Shown piece after piece: positions 20,185 through 30,300 of a DNA stretch of 64,000 nucleotides. The stretch comes from Candidatus Aenigmatarchaeota archaeon (GTDB lineage Archaea > Aenigmatarchaeota > Aenigmatarchaeia > CG10238-14 > SpSt-28): assembly GCA_038733315.1 (NCBI GenBank), contig JAVYPJ010000002.1:32001-96000 (forward strand), written 5' to 3'. How positions within the stretch are numbered: position 1 is the stretch's first letter; every line of letters begins with the position of its first letter. Under the pieces are notes generated by a model. The model saw nothing but the letters and a program-made list of their open reading frames with translations, had not been told where the DNA came from and ran no database searches. The position numbers and the translations under genes were made by a program.

Positions 20185-20326
20185 CCCCCGGTAGCTCAAT
20201 CTGGAAGAGCGTCCGGCTGTAGATCCTTGCTATATGCAAGGGGAGCAGCCAACGCTCTAAAACGGTTTAATGAAATAATGATTGATAGAAACCGGAAGGC
20301 TGTGGGTTCAAATCCCACCCGGGGGA
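20185..20326 (+). tRNA. tRNA-Tyr (GTA) with 68-nt intron at 37/38 (20223-20290)
   Basis: CCCCCGG/CCGGGGG acceptor with A73 (archaeal C1-G72 Tyr identity), TCCGG-CTGTAG|intron|A-CCGGA anticodon arm, GGTTCAAATCC T arm. Confidence 0.93.
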
Positions 20327-20334
20327 TTATTTTT

Positions 20335-21654
20335 TTATTCTTTTCTAAAAATTTTTAATCCAAAATATACTCCACCTAATGCAGTTAAAAATGAAATTCC
20401 TATTATAATTGCAATAATTGATGGCTCAGTTAAAATTACTAATCCAGTTGGTATTGTTTGCTGAGGAATTGTTGGAGTTGGGCAATCCTGTGGGCAGTTT
20501 CTCCAATCTTCTCCTACTTCACACACATTATTTCCACATACAGGCTTAGGTAATTCTACAACTCTTTCAATTATTGGTTGCGTAATGTTTGTTATGTTAT
20601 AATATATTGGAGTTTCTATAATTCTTTCTTTTTCAACTATTCTTTCTGTTGGAATTGCTATAAATTCTCTTTGAATTTGAATTAATGGCTGAGGAGTATA
20701 ATAAGAAGTAAATATACCATAGATGCCAAACGAATTAACTATTGCATAAGCATATGCTAAGCTTTCGTTTACAATTATTACTCCGCTTGCAGTTACTAAT
20801 TTCCATATGTTATCTTCTAGCTTATAAAATCTTATGTTTGATACATCTAAATTTTTTGAAACTAATAGGCTTGGATTGAAATAATATCTAATTTCTGCTA
20901 ATCCAGAAAATGAAGAAAGATTTTTTGTATTAAGATATATTATTCCTACCGGCCTTTCTTTTGGATTATTTCCAATAAAAATAGTTGAGTAAATCGCTAC
21001 TGATAAATTCATAGATTGATTGTTCTGAAGATAAAATTCTAAATATTCATAGGTTGGGTAATCTATTCTTAATACTCCTTTTCCTTCTTTTATTTCAACA
21101 ATAGGCTCTATTAACAATATTCCTATTTCGCTCATTAATTCGAAAGTAATATTAAATCTTGCTGGTTCTAATGCTGGGTGAGAATATACTTTTATTGTTA
21201 GATTATTTTCGCTTAATGGTTGTAAGATATAGAAATATGTTTCGTTATAACAATAAAAGGATAGCATATTATTTGACGGTTCTTCAAAATAATCGCCAGT
21301 TTGCTCAAAGTATATAGGAGGTAATTCGCATTTCAAATAATATTCAATCGGAGGTATTCCTGCTATCATAGGTTTAGATAAGAGGTATGCTTCTACATTA
21401 AATTCGTTACCATTTAAAACATAGTTAACATCTTCTGGAGTTATATTTACCCTTACAACTAATGGCGCCCAATCATTTACTCTATACTTAAAGTATACTA
21501 TAGCTTCAGAAACCCCTCCTGCATAAATGCTAGTATCGAATTCTTTTACTATTGTAACATCTTTAAGTGGATTAATTAATAATACTTGAGATAGAGATAA
21601 ATTTATTAAAATGCTTGCAAATATTATTGCTATTAGTATTGTTTTTGCGTTCAT
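20335..21654 (-). CDS. Secreted, C-terminally anchored surface protein (PGF-pre-PGF-like domain, Cys-rich CGNNVC...CPQDC repeat)
   Basis: Signal peptide, NIRFYKL..W...VNSFGIYGI, CGNNVCEVGEDWRNCPQDC, PTG-preceded C-terminal TM helix. Confidence 0.7.
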   Translation of the reverse strand: MNAKTILIAIIFASILINLSLSQVLLINPLKDVTIVKEFDTSIYAGGVSEAIVYFKYRVNDWAPLVVRVNITPEDVNYVLNGNEFNVEAYLLSKPMIAGIPPIEYYLKCELPPIYFEQTGDYFEEPSNNMLSFYCYNETYFYILQPLSENNLTIKVYSHPALEPARFNITFELMSEIGILLIEPIVEIKEGKGVLRIDYPTYEYLEFYLQNNQSMNLSVAIYSTIFIGNNPKERPVGIIYLNTKNLSSFSGLAEIRYYFNPSLLVSKNLDVSNIRFYKLEDNIWKLVTASGVIIVNESLAYAYAIVNSFGIYGIFTSYYTPQPLIQIQREFIAIPTERIVEKERIIETPIYYNITNITQPIIERVVELPKPVCGNNVCEVGEDWRNCPQDCPTPTIPQQTIPTGLVILTEPSIIAIIIGISFLTALGGVYFGLKIFRKE

Positions 21655-22172
21655 GGTCCTAATGGCCTAACTTCTAATCTTGTTTCTGGACCGAAATATA
21701 TTGTGCAAGGTTGATTTTCACAACTTATTCTAACTACTAGATTATTTATATTAACAGTGCCGTTAGTATTGTAAGATCCCGAAATTATATAACTTCCATT
21801 GACAGTTATATAACTGTTACCAGTAAAAGAACATATTTGAGAATTACCATTGAATAATCTTGCTTCTATTTGCCCGCCATTAGAAGAAACGTTAAGATAT
21901 ATGGTCCAATTAGCAGGATACCATTCAACATTGGGAAGATCTATACTAAATCCAACAGTAGTTCCTTTAGATTTGGATGCATCAAGTGTAATACTACCAC
22001 TTCCAGGTTCATTTAGTTTTAATTTGTACTCGTCGTCTGAATAATCCAAATAAAATATTGGTGGATTTACATTTACATTAACATTCGCTTTTGCATAATA
22101 ATCTAAAATTCCAGCAATCGATAAGCTAAATATAGATACTAGCATTATAGCTAATATAATTCCTTTTTTCAT
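21651..22172 (-). CDS. Secreted beta-rich protein, N-terminal paralog of 22287-22943
   Basis: MKKG...LSIAGILDYYAKANVNVNV. Confidence 0.7.
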   Translation of the reverse strand: MKKGIILAIMLVSIFSLSIAGILDYYAKANVNVNVNPPIFYLDYSDDEYKLKLNEPGSGSITLDASKSKGTTVGFSIDLPNVEWYPANWTIYLNVSSNGGQIEARLFNGNSQICSFTGNSYITVNGSYIISGSYNTNGTVNINNLVVRISCENQPCTIYFGPETRLEVRPLGP

Positions 22173-22201
22173 TATTGCTGCGTTTATTTTTTTCTTCGTC
22201 A

Positions 22202-22240
22202 TGTCTTAGGCGATTTGTATTATTTTACTCGCCTAAGACA
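22202..22240. terminator. Perfect 12-bp stem hairpin between the two secreted paralogs (terminator or mRNA-stabilising element)
   Basis: tgtcttaggcga (22202-22213) / tcgcctaagaca (22229-22240), preceded on the minus strand by a T-rich tract. Confidence 0.6.
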
Positions 22241-22286
22241 AAAATAAAAAAGATAAGAGGAGAGCATAGTCATACTATAATTACTT

Positions 22287-22943
22287 TTATGCTGGTAATA
22301 CTGTTACTGTTAATGTATATGTCTTTGGCTCTGTTGCTGGATTCCAAACTACGTATAAATTATCTATTGTTAGTACTGAATTACTTGGTGTTAGCTTAAG
22401 ACCTGTTATTATTAATTCTTTCGTGTATCTTGTAACTGTAATTTGGCCAATGATTACTTGACTATTATTCCAGCTTACACAATTCTGATTTACACATACT
22501 CCAGTATTATTTACTTTGTAAGTAGTGTTACCTATAGTAACACCATATTCTACTATTTCTTTAAGTAATTCTTCGAAATTATCTCCGAGAGTTAATTTAA
22601 TAGTTAATGGAGCTTCATTGACAACCCTTCCTAAATATTCAATCCTAACCTGATCAATTTTAGCATTATTATAATAAAATTCATTTGTTTTTCCTCCACC
22701 TACTCCTGTTGCTGTTAGAGTTATGTTTGGTGAACTTCCAGAATTGTGACTTAGTGTTGCTATTAAATTATTGCTAGCATTATATAACTCAACTACTACT
22801 CCTTGACTTACCGTTATACTTGCTGCTGCTGACGCATAGTATTCTAGAAGTCCTGCTATTGATAGTGCTGTTAGACCGAAGATTGCTAAGAAAACTGCTA
22901 GGGCCCTTATCATCGCTTTGTTTGCATTTATGCCCTTTTTCAT
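22287..22943 (-). CDS. Secreted beta-rich protein, candidate filament subunit
   Basis: MKKG...LSIAGLLEYYASAAASITV, C-terminal YTLTVTV strand; start moved to MKKG. Confidence 0.7.
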   Translation of the reverse strand: MKKGINANKAMIRALAVFLAIFGLTALSIAGLLEYYASAAASITVSQGVVVELYNASNNLIATLSHNSGSSPNITLTATGVGGGKTNEFYYNNAKIDQVRIEYLGRVVNEAPLTIKLTLGDNFEELLKEIVEYGVTIGNTTYKVNNTGVCVNQNCVSWNNSQVIIGQITVTRYTKELIITGLKLTPSNSVLTIDNLYVVWNPATEPKTYTLTVTVLPA

Positions 22944-23024
22944 ACTTATATTAAGAAATAAAGTATTTAAAGCTTTCTTTAATGTGCATCCGAAGAAATT
23001 CACGAAAAAATTAAAAAAGCCTTT

Positions 23025-24476
23025 TTAGGCCAAAATTTTTGGGATTTCTTCAATTTTTACTCTAATTTGTTCCTTAGTATTTCTATTTCTAATTGTAACA
23101 GTATTATCTTGCAAAGTTTGATAATCTATAGTAATGCAATAAGGAATTCCAATTTCATCCGCTCTTGCATATAATTTTCCAATAGAATCACTCATATCAA
23201 AAACTACATCATCTTCAAAATATTTCTTCAAAAATTCATAAACCTCTTTGGCTTTCTTAATAATTTCTTCCTTATTTCTAACTAATGGAAAAACAGCAAT
23301 TAAATATGGAGCAATTTCTTTTGGAAAATCAAACCATAGCCAATCTCTATCTTCTCTTAGCTTATCAAAAAATATTGCTAAAATTATTCTATCTATTCCA
23401 AAGGAAGGCTCAGCAACATGTGGAATAATACCATCAAAACTTAAATTTTCTTTACTATGTTTCATATGCGTAGAAATGTCGTAATCTGTTCTATATGCAT
23501 TTCCAATAATTTCTTTCCAACCTATTTCATCAAAATAATATTCTAAATCAAAATTTCCAGCAGAATAAAATGCAGTTTCTTCTTCTAACAAATGTCTAAA
23601 TCTTAGTTTTTCCTTAGGAAATTTTAAAATTTCTGTAAAGAAAATAAACTCCTTAGCCAAAAAGTATGCTTGCCATTTTGATTTTATTATTTGTTTTTCA
23701 ACAAGTTCCTTAATAGAAATCCATTCTATTTTATCTTCTTTATTTCTTTGCGCTTCTCTAGTAACTAATGGTATTTTTACATCAAAATATTTTTCTATAG
23801 GGCAATTTTCGTTTTTTGGATCAAAAAACATCTCAATCTCTGCTTGAGTAAAGCCTCTTAACCTAATTAAGAACTGTCTTGGAGAAATTTCATTTCTAAA
23901 AGAATATCCAACTTGTATTATTGCAAATGGCAATTTTTTTCTATATGCTTTATAAATCCTTTTAAAACTTATAAAAATGTTTTGCGCAGTTTCTGGCCTT
24001 AAATAGGCTTCATAGGCGTCTAAGCTTCCGATAAAGGTTTTTAACATTAGATTAAATTCTTTTACATCTTCTAATTCGCCATTACATTCCAAACATTTAA
24101 TATTATTATTTCTTATTATTTCGTTTAACTCCGAAATACTTTTTCCCTCAACAAAAATTCCTAAAACATCTTCGATTAAATTATCTGCTCTATATATTTT
24201 TTTACACTTTTTGCATCTCGTTATAGGATCGCTAAACCTCTCTAAATGACCACTCGCTTCTACAATTTTTCTCGGCAAAATCAAATTTCCTTCAATTTCC
24301 ACAAAATTATCCTCTTTAAAAAACTTTTTCCAAATTTTAATCAGTTTTTGTTTTATTCTTAGTCCAATTTCTCCGTAATCATAGAATCCAGAAAGAGAAC
24401 CATATATCTCTGCTGTTGGAAAAATTATACCTCTCTTAATGCATAAATCATATATTTTCTCTAGCCTACTTTCCAT
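23025..24476 (-). CDS. glyS: Glycine--tRNA ligase (archaeal/eukaryotic type)
   Basis: GFYDYG, YLRPETAQNIF, FRNEISPRQ, EPSFGIDR, anticodon domain DEIGIPYCITID. Confidence 0.96.
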   Translation of the reverse strand: MESRLEKIYDLCIKRGIIFPTAEIYGSLSGFYDYGEIGLRIKQKLIKIWKKFFKEDNFVEIEGNLILPRKIVEASGHLERFSDPITRCKKCKKIYRADNLIEDVLGIFVEGKSISELNEIIRNNNIKCLECNGELEDVKEFNLMLKTFIGSLDAYEAYLRPETAQNIFISFKRIYKAYRKKLPFAIIQVGYSFRNEISPRQFLIRLRGFTQAEIEMFFDPKNENCPIEKYFDVKIPLVTREAQRNKEDKIEWISIKELVEKQIIKSKWQAYFLAKEFIFFTEILKFPKEKLRFRHLLEEETAFYSAGNFDLEYYFDEIGWKEIIGNAYRTDYDISTHMKHSKENLSFDGIIPHVAEPSFGIDRIILAIFFDKLREDRDWLWFDFPKEIAPYLIAVFPLVRNKEEIIKKAKEVYEFLKKYFEDDVVFDMSDSIGKLYARADEIGIPYCITIDYQTLQDNTVTIRNRNTKEQIRVKIEEIPKILA

Positions 24477-24484
24477 GTAATATC

Positions 24485-25438
24485 TTATTCTATAATCTTA
24501 AAATTTTTTGCTTCTTCTGATAATTCCTCCATACTTTTAAGAACGTTTCTAATCTCCTTTATATTAAGGAAATCCTCTAAATATACACTTTCCTTTTTTA
24601 AACTATCAATTTCACTACTAATTTTTGAGATTTTTTCCTCAATCTCATTGACTTTTTTATTCATATTGTTTATAAATTCTGAAAGACTTTTTTCAATTAA
24701 AGAAATTTTCTGATTTAAACTTTCTTGACTATCTATTTTTTCCTTAAGGCTGTCTATTCTTTCATTTAAATCCTCAATTCTAGGCATTACTATATTTATT
24801 ACAGCATCCTTAACAAAAGTATCGTTTTTTTCTAAGGTTTTGACATTTTCGTTGATAATTTTTTCCATTTTTTCAATTCTGTTTTTTAGTGATTTTAGTT
24901 CTTCTGCAATATCTATAGTATGACTGTTTTTGATAATTTCGTTTAGAGTATTCTCTAATTTATTTATTTTACTCTTTACTTCAGGCATTTCCTCAAAAAC
25001 TTTAACTTTTTCCTCAAAATCTTTAAATTTTTCAGAAATCAAATCAATAGATTTCTTCAGGTCAGAAGAAAAACTTTCCAAATCAGCAACCTTACTCTTT
25101 ACTTCAGGCATTTCCTCAAAAACTTTAACTTTTTCCTCAAAATCTTTAAATTTTTCAGAAATCAAATCAATAGATTTTCTTAGATCTGAAAACTCTACTT
25201 GCTTTCCAATTCCTATATTTTGTTTTAGGTTAACAATTTCTAGAACGATAACATTTATCGAATCCTCTAAATTTTCTAATTTTTCTTCGATTGACTTCAG
25301 ATTTTCCAACCTTTTCTCAATTTCTATTAACTCTTTCTTAGCAACGTTTATATCTTCAAACAATTCTTTGGGAACGTTTTTAATAAAAGAAGCAAGTTTT
25401 TCGTAATCTATTTCTCTATATTTCTTCTCTACATCCAT
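24485..25438 (-). CDS. Long coiled-coil protein with internal 41-aa duplication
   Basis: Heptad-rich E/K/L/I sequence; SDLxKSIDLISEKFKDFEEKVKVFEEMPEVKSK twice. Confidence 0.7.
   Translation of the reverse strand: MDVEKKYREIDYEKLASFIKNVPKELFEDINVAKKELIEIEKRLENLKSIEEKLENLEDSINVIVLEIVNLKQNIGIGKQVEFSDLRKSIDLISEKFKDFEEKVKVFEEMPEVKSKVADLESFSSDLKKSIDLISEKFKDFEEKVKVFEEMPEVKSKINKLENTLNEIIKNSHTIDIAEELKSLKNRIEKMEKIINENVKTLEKNDTFVKDAVINIVMPRIEDLNERIDSLKEKIDSQESLNQKISLIEKSLSEFINNMNKKVNEIEEKISKISSEIDSLKKESVYLEDFLNIKEIRNVLKSMEELSEEAKNFKIIE
24969..25177. repeat. Intragenic direct repeat, 86 identical bp at 123-nt period
   Basis: 24969-25054 equals 25092-25177. Confidence 0.9.
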
Positions 25439-25471
25439 AAAATTATCTCTTTTAAATTAACTTAATAATAT

Positions 25472-26218
25472 ATGAGAAGGTTCGGAGCTCCGAAAAAAAA
25501 TGAATTGGTAATATGTATTCCTAAGGACATTTCACCTTTTTCTATAACTTGTAGCATATTAGAATATTCAGAATTTACGGGAATTATCAATATTAATGAA
25601 GTTTATACAAGGTGGATTGAAGATATTAGAGAATACGTAAAAATAGGTAAAACTTATATAGCAAAGGTTTTAGATGTAGATGAAGCTAAAAAAATAGCAA
25701 TTTTAAGCCTAAAAAGAGTTAAAAAAGATGAAGAAGAAAAAAAGAAAGAGGAGCTAAGGTTAGAAAAAAAATACGAAAAAATCTTAGAATTAGCGGCAAA
25801 AAAACTTGGAAAAACCTTAGAAGATGCGTATAAAGAGTTTGGATATAAAATATTAGAGAATTTTGAAACTCTATACAATTTTTTTATTAACCATAGGGAT
25901 AAATTAAGCGAATATATTCCAAAAGAGTGGTTAGAGATAATGCAAGATTTCCTAGATAAAAAAGAGGAGAAAAACTACGAAATAACCTACATTATAAAAA
26001 TTTCTACTTTTCAAAAAGAAGGAGTAAATAAAATCAAAGAATTCTTTTCTCAATTCGAAAAAAATGGTATAAAAATAACTTATTTAGGTGCTGGTAAATT
26101 CTTAGCTAAGAAAAATTCTAAAAACCCGAAAAAAGATGAAAAAATGATGTTAAATTTAATAGAAAGTGGAAAAGAAATTTTTGAAGTTTATGAATATAAA
26201 AAGCGTGAAAAGAATTAA
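25472..26218 (+). CDS. eif2a: Translation initiation factor aIF2 alpha
   Basis: N-terminal S1 domain, LSLKRV, YLGAGKF; synteny with nop10 and PAC2. Confidence 0.9.
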   Translation: MRRFGAPKKNELVICIPKDISPFSITCSILEYSEFTGIININEVYTRWIEDIREYVKIGKTYIAKVLDVDEAKKIAILSLKRVKKDEEEKKKEELRLEKKYEKILELAAKKLGKTLEDAYKEFGYKILENFETLYNFFINHRDKLSEYIPKEWLEIMQDFLDKKEEKNYEITYIIKISTFQKEGVNKIKEFFSQFEKNGIKITYLGAGKFLAKKNSKNPKKDEKMMLNLIESGKEIFEVYEYKKREKN

Positions 26219-26381
26219 AAAGTGTATCTCTTGCAAATTATATACTATGAAAGACGTTTGCCCTAGATGCAAATCTCAAACAAAAACAGCGCATCCACCA
26301 AAATTTAAGTTTGCCAAGTATTTAAAATATTTTAGCGAGAAAGATATTTATGACAGTAATCAAAAACCTAAAGAAGATTAA
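26190..26381 (+). CDS. nop10: Nop10 (H/ACA RNP subunit)
   Basis: CISC..YTMKDVCPRC....AHPPKF; exact start uncertain. Confidence 0.88.
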   Translation: MNIKSVKRIKKCISCKLYTMKDVCPRCKSQTKTAHPPKFKFAKYLKYFSEKDIYDSNQKPKED

Positions 26382-27114
26382 AGTAAAGAATGGAATTTTC
26401 TTAGAAGGAATGCCCGGCGTTGGTAACGTTGGGCTAATCGCAGCTAGTTATATAGTAGAGCAAATAGGAGCTATTCCTTTCGCTGAACTTCATAGCGAAT
26501 ATTTTGGACATGCTGTTCTAATAAGACCAAATGCTGAAATTCAGCTACTTAAGGGAGTTTTTTATTATTCTAAACCCAATAAAAAAGATATTATAATTTA
26601 TATAGGGGATCAGCAAGCGATTTCACCAGAAAAAACATTTATTTTAGTAAATAAAATCCTATCTTTTCTAAAAAGCATTGGAGTAAAATTAGTAATAACA
26701 CTTGGTGGAGTTCAAAAGAACTATCCTATTAAGCAAAGAAAAGTTTACGGTGCTGTAAGTGAAGAAAAGGTTAAAGAAAAGTTCAAAGATTTGGGAATAG
26801 ATTTTGAAAACGTTAGTAAAGATGTCGGTAGCATTATAGGTGCTGTTGGAATGCTTACTGGATATGCTAAATACTATGGAATGGAAAGTTTATGTTTATT
26901 AGCAGAGAGCTTTAGCTCACCCTTTGTACCGGACCATAAGGGAGCAAAAGCTATTCTAGAGATTTTGGAAAAGATTTTAGAACTAAAGATAGATTATTCT
27001 AGAATAAATAAAAAAATAAAAGAGCAAGAAGCTTTAGAAGAGAGGTTAACTAAGGTTCCAACGCCACAACCAAAAGAAGAGATAGATGAAAAGAGGCTAA
27101 CATATTTGGGCTAA
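26350..27114 (+). CDS. PAC2 family proteasome assembly chaperone
   Basis: EGMPGVGNVG, ITLGG, IIGAVG, C-terminal YLG (HbYX-like). Confidence 0.9.
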   Translation: MTVIKNLKKIKVKNGIFLEGMPGVGNVGLIAASYIVEQIGAIPFAELHSEYFGHAVLIRPNAEIQLLKGVFYYSKPNKKDIIIYIGDQQAISPEKTFILVNKILSFLKSIGVKLVITLGGVQKNYPIKQRKVYGAVSEEKVKEKFKDLGIDFENVSKDVGSIIGAVGMLTGYAKYYGMESLCLLAESFSSPFVPDHKGAKAILEILEKILELKIDYSRINKKIKEQEALEERLTKVPTPQPKEEIDEKRLTYLG

Positions 27115-27115
27115 A

Positions 27116-27168
27116 TCAGTACTTGAGTGAGTTATCATTTAGTCAAATGATTAGATACTCATCATCAT
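27116..27168 (-). ncRNA. C/D-box sRNA 1
   Basis: Minus strand: ATGATGA-GTATCTAATCAT-TTGA-CTAA-ATGATAA-CTCACTCAAGTA-CTGA; two 12-nt guides; D' guide complementary to conserved 16S GATTAGATAC. Confidence 0.8.
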
Positions 27169-27183
27169 AAATATTTTTTGGCC

Positions 27184-27238
27184 CTCTCAGTACTTAAGGA
27201 TTATTTCATTTTTCGTTCTGCCCATCATACATCATAGA
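27184..27238 (-). ncRNA. C/D-box sRNA 2
   Basis: Minus strand: ATGATGT-ATGATGGGCAGA-ACGA-AAA-ATGAAAT-AATCCTTAAGTA-CTGA, two 12-nt guides, short CTC/GAG terminal stem. Confidence 0.68.
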
Positions 27239-27305
27239 GTTTAGCGCAGTTTTTCTTATAATTATAGTTTAACGATAGATAATAAAAATAAGATTTATTT
27301 TTATT

Positions 27306-30300
27306 ATGGCAGTGCAAAGGAATATAGTTAAATATCTCTTTTTTTTACTATTATTTTTTTCAGTTTTAAATTTAGAAACTTCAAGCTCAGCGTATTTGAT
27401 TTCTAAGAATAAATTGGACGAAATATTAAATAGCAATTGCTTTTTGTTCGATGTTTACTCAGAATTAAAAATAAAATGCTACTTTGATTTGATTTGTTCA
27501 GTAGAAGAACCAATAAAAGGATTTGAAAATTATTTTCTTAAGGACGAAAAAATTTTTAGGCTTCTTAGATTAGATGGGTTAAGAATTATAGATGCCTATA
27601 ATGCTTGGAATAGTGGATTGGACTTTTATTTATTTGGAGATAGTTCTAAGGTTGGAATTATAGATAGTGGAATAGATATAAATCATAAAGACTTTGATTT
27701 ATCTAAGTATAAATGTTTTTACTCAATTAATGGAGAGGTCAAAGAAAACATATGGAGTTATTGTAACGATTCAGATGGTCATGGAACTCATGTTGCCGGA
27801 ATAGTCGCTGGTAAATACGATAAGAATATTAGTAAATGTCTCAGTAATTATCCATGTGGAGTAGCTCCAAACGCAACACTATTCATTGCAAGAGTTTTTA
27901 GCGGTCCTACAGCAAATCTTTTGGATATTTTAAATGCATTAGATTGGATAGTTAAAAATAACGTAAGTATTGTTTCGATGAGTTTTGGAGCAGATTTGTC
28001 AATGTTAAGATTAAACTCTTGTTATCCGCTCGGAAATTCTTCTGAAGAGGTTACTATCCTTTTATTTAGTACGTTAATGGATTTTTTAGCTATTAAAAAT
28101 AACTTAATTTTAATAGCCGCAGCCGGAAATAATCCAAATTCTATCTCAACTCCTGCATGTGCTAAAAGCGTAATAGCTGTTGGAGCAATAGATAAAAATA
28201 GGAATTTAGCCTTTTTCAGTTCTAGAGGTCCTATAGATAATAGAACAAAGCCAGATATAGTAGCGCCAGGAGTTTCAATAAATTCAACATATCCACAAAA
28301 TACGTATTCAATAGCTAGCGGAACTTCTATGGCTACTCCTTTTGTAAGCGGTGCAATTGCTCTTTTATTAGATATGTTCAATAAAGAAAATACTACTGTA
28401 ACATCTCAAGAGATTAAAGCTATATTGTTAACCTCTGCTAACGAACCCACTAGAAACAATACTTTTGGAAGCGGAATTTTAAACGTTAGCGAAATGATAA
28501 GAATAAGAAATAATTTTTTAACCATAGATGTTGAAGATGGAGAAGTATTAAGATTTAAGGTCAATAAAACAGATAGTTATCCGTTTAAGTTTACTATTTA
28601 TAGGCATGAAACTTTTTTAGATTCTACAAAATATAAAGTCAAAATAATTAAAGATGGAGCTATAATTTTCGAGGGAGAATCAATTTTTGATAACGTATTT
28701 CAATACAAAAACGATACTTTAAATGGAGATTTCGAAATAGAAGTAAAAATAAACCATAATAGTACAATGGTTGATAATAAATTTACATTTGCCTTTTCTC
28801 ATAGAATCCAAAACCTATCAAAATTCTTAGAAGAAAATTTAAACAATTCTATTCAGCCAATGCTTAACGTAACAATAGACCCTTCAATAGAATTTGGGCT
28901 AAACCCAATTAATAGAAGAATTGGAATTTTTATTAGCGATTTTGCTGGAATGCCAATTGCAGCAGATATAATTAATGTTTCTATAGTAAATTCTTCCGGA
29001 AGTATAATACACTCTTCTTTACATTTCAATAAAAGTTCTATATATCTAGAAATTCCTTCTGACTTAACAGAGTTTAATTATACTTTATATGTTGTTGCTG
29101 AAAATGGGAAAAGATTTGGTGTAGTTTCTAAAAATTTTACATATACACCTTTCTACCTAATTTCTCCTAATAAAATTTTGAAACTAATGAATGGTGACTT
29201 GTTAAATATAACAATTAAGTTTGATGATAGCATTAATAACATAAATGAAGCGTTTTTATACTTAGAAGGAAATAAAGACGAAAAACTTGATATAAGCTTT
29301 TCTTTTAATGATAATATAGCTTATAATATTACTAACATTAATCTAAACCAAAAAGGAAAATATTTCTTATTTTTAAATGTCTCCCTTGATGGAAATCCTA
29401 TAGAATTCGAAATACCAATACTCGAATTTTCCCCCATATTTGATTATGAAATTTCTTATCCAAGATACATGTTTGCCGATAAAGAATACACTATTAATAT
29501 AGACATATTTCACATTAATGGCTCTAGAGTTAACATAGAAAAAACAATATGCATAGAAAATGATACAAATAAAATATTTTGCAATTCTTCGCTTAGTAAC
29601 AATATAAAGATGTTTACTAATATATCGGTTAGCGGAGATTATAACCTTAATATAAGTGCTATAGATAACAATGGAAACTTTCTTAATGAAAAAATTCCAA
29701 TAACAATAAATTTTATTCCAGATAGGATTATTATTAATAAACAAAAGGAAAAATTCACAATTTTAGAACCTCTAGATGTTAGCGCAGAAATTATAAATTC
29801 TACAAAGAATTCTCAATGCAGTTTTTGCACAGTTTTTGTTAACATGACAAAAGATGGAAAAATAATATTCTCTAGAAAGAGTTTTGAAGATTTTAAAAAC
29901 TTTGTTATTCCTAAGGATTTCGAAAGCGGAAAATATAAACTTACTTTTTTTGCACAAATAAACTCTACAATTTTAAACGAAACAGAAATTGAGATAGAAA
30001 CTTTGGAAATATTAACAAACGTTTCTGAAAAAGTCTTTCCAAACTATTATGATGTTTACATAAACATTTCTGTAAATACTACTTCTAACGTTAGTATAAG
30101 TATTTCAAGAATTAATATTAGTGAAGAAAGTATTCAACTAAATCCAAGTAGCGATATAGAAACTATTTCTGGATGCGAAAATAAGAGCATAGATGAAACT
30201 AATAAAATTCTATGGTGCAATTCTACAAGCGATATAATACTAAAAATAAATTCAAGCGAAACATCTACTTTTTTCATAGAGATAATAGCTTATGGGGATA

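Noticed and set aside
20282..20464. 60-aa ORF
   Set aside because: Overlaps the tRNA-Tyr 3' exon and is antisense to a real gene
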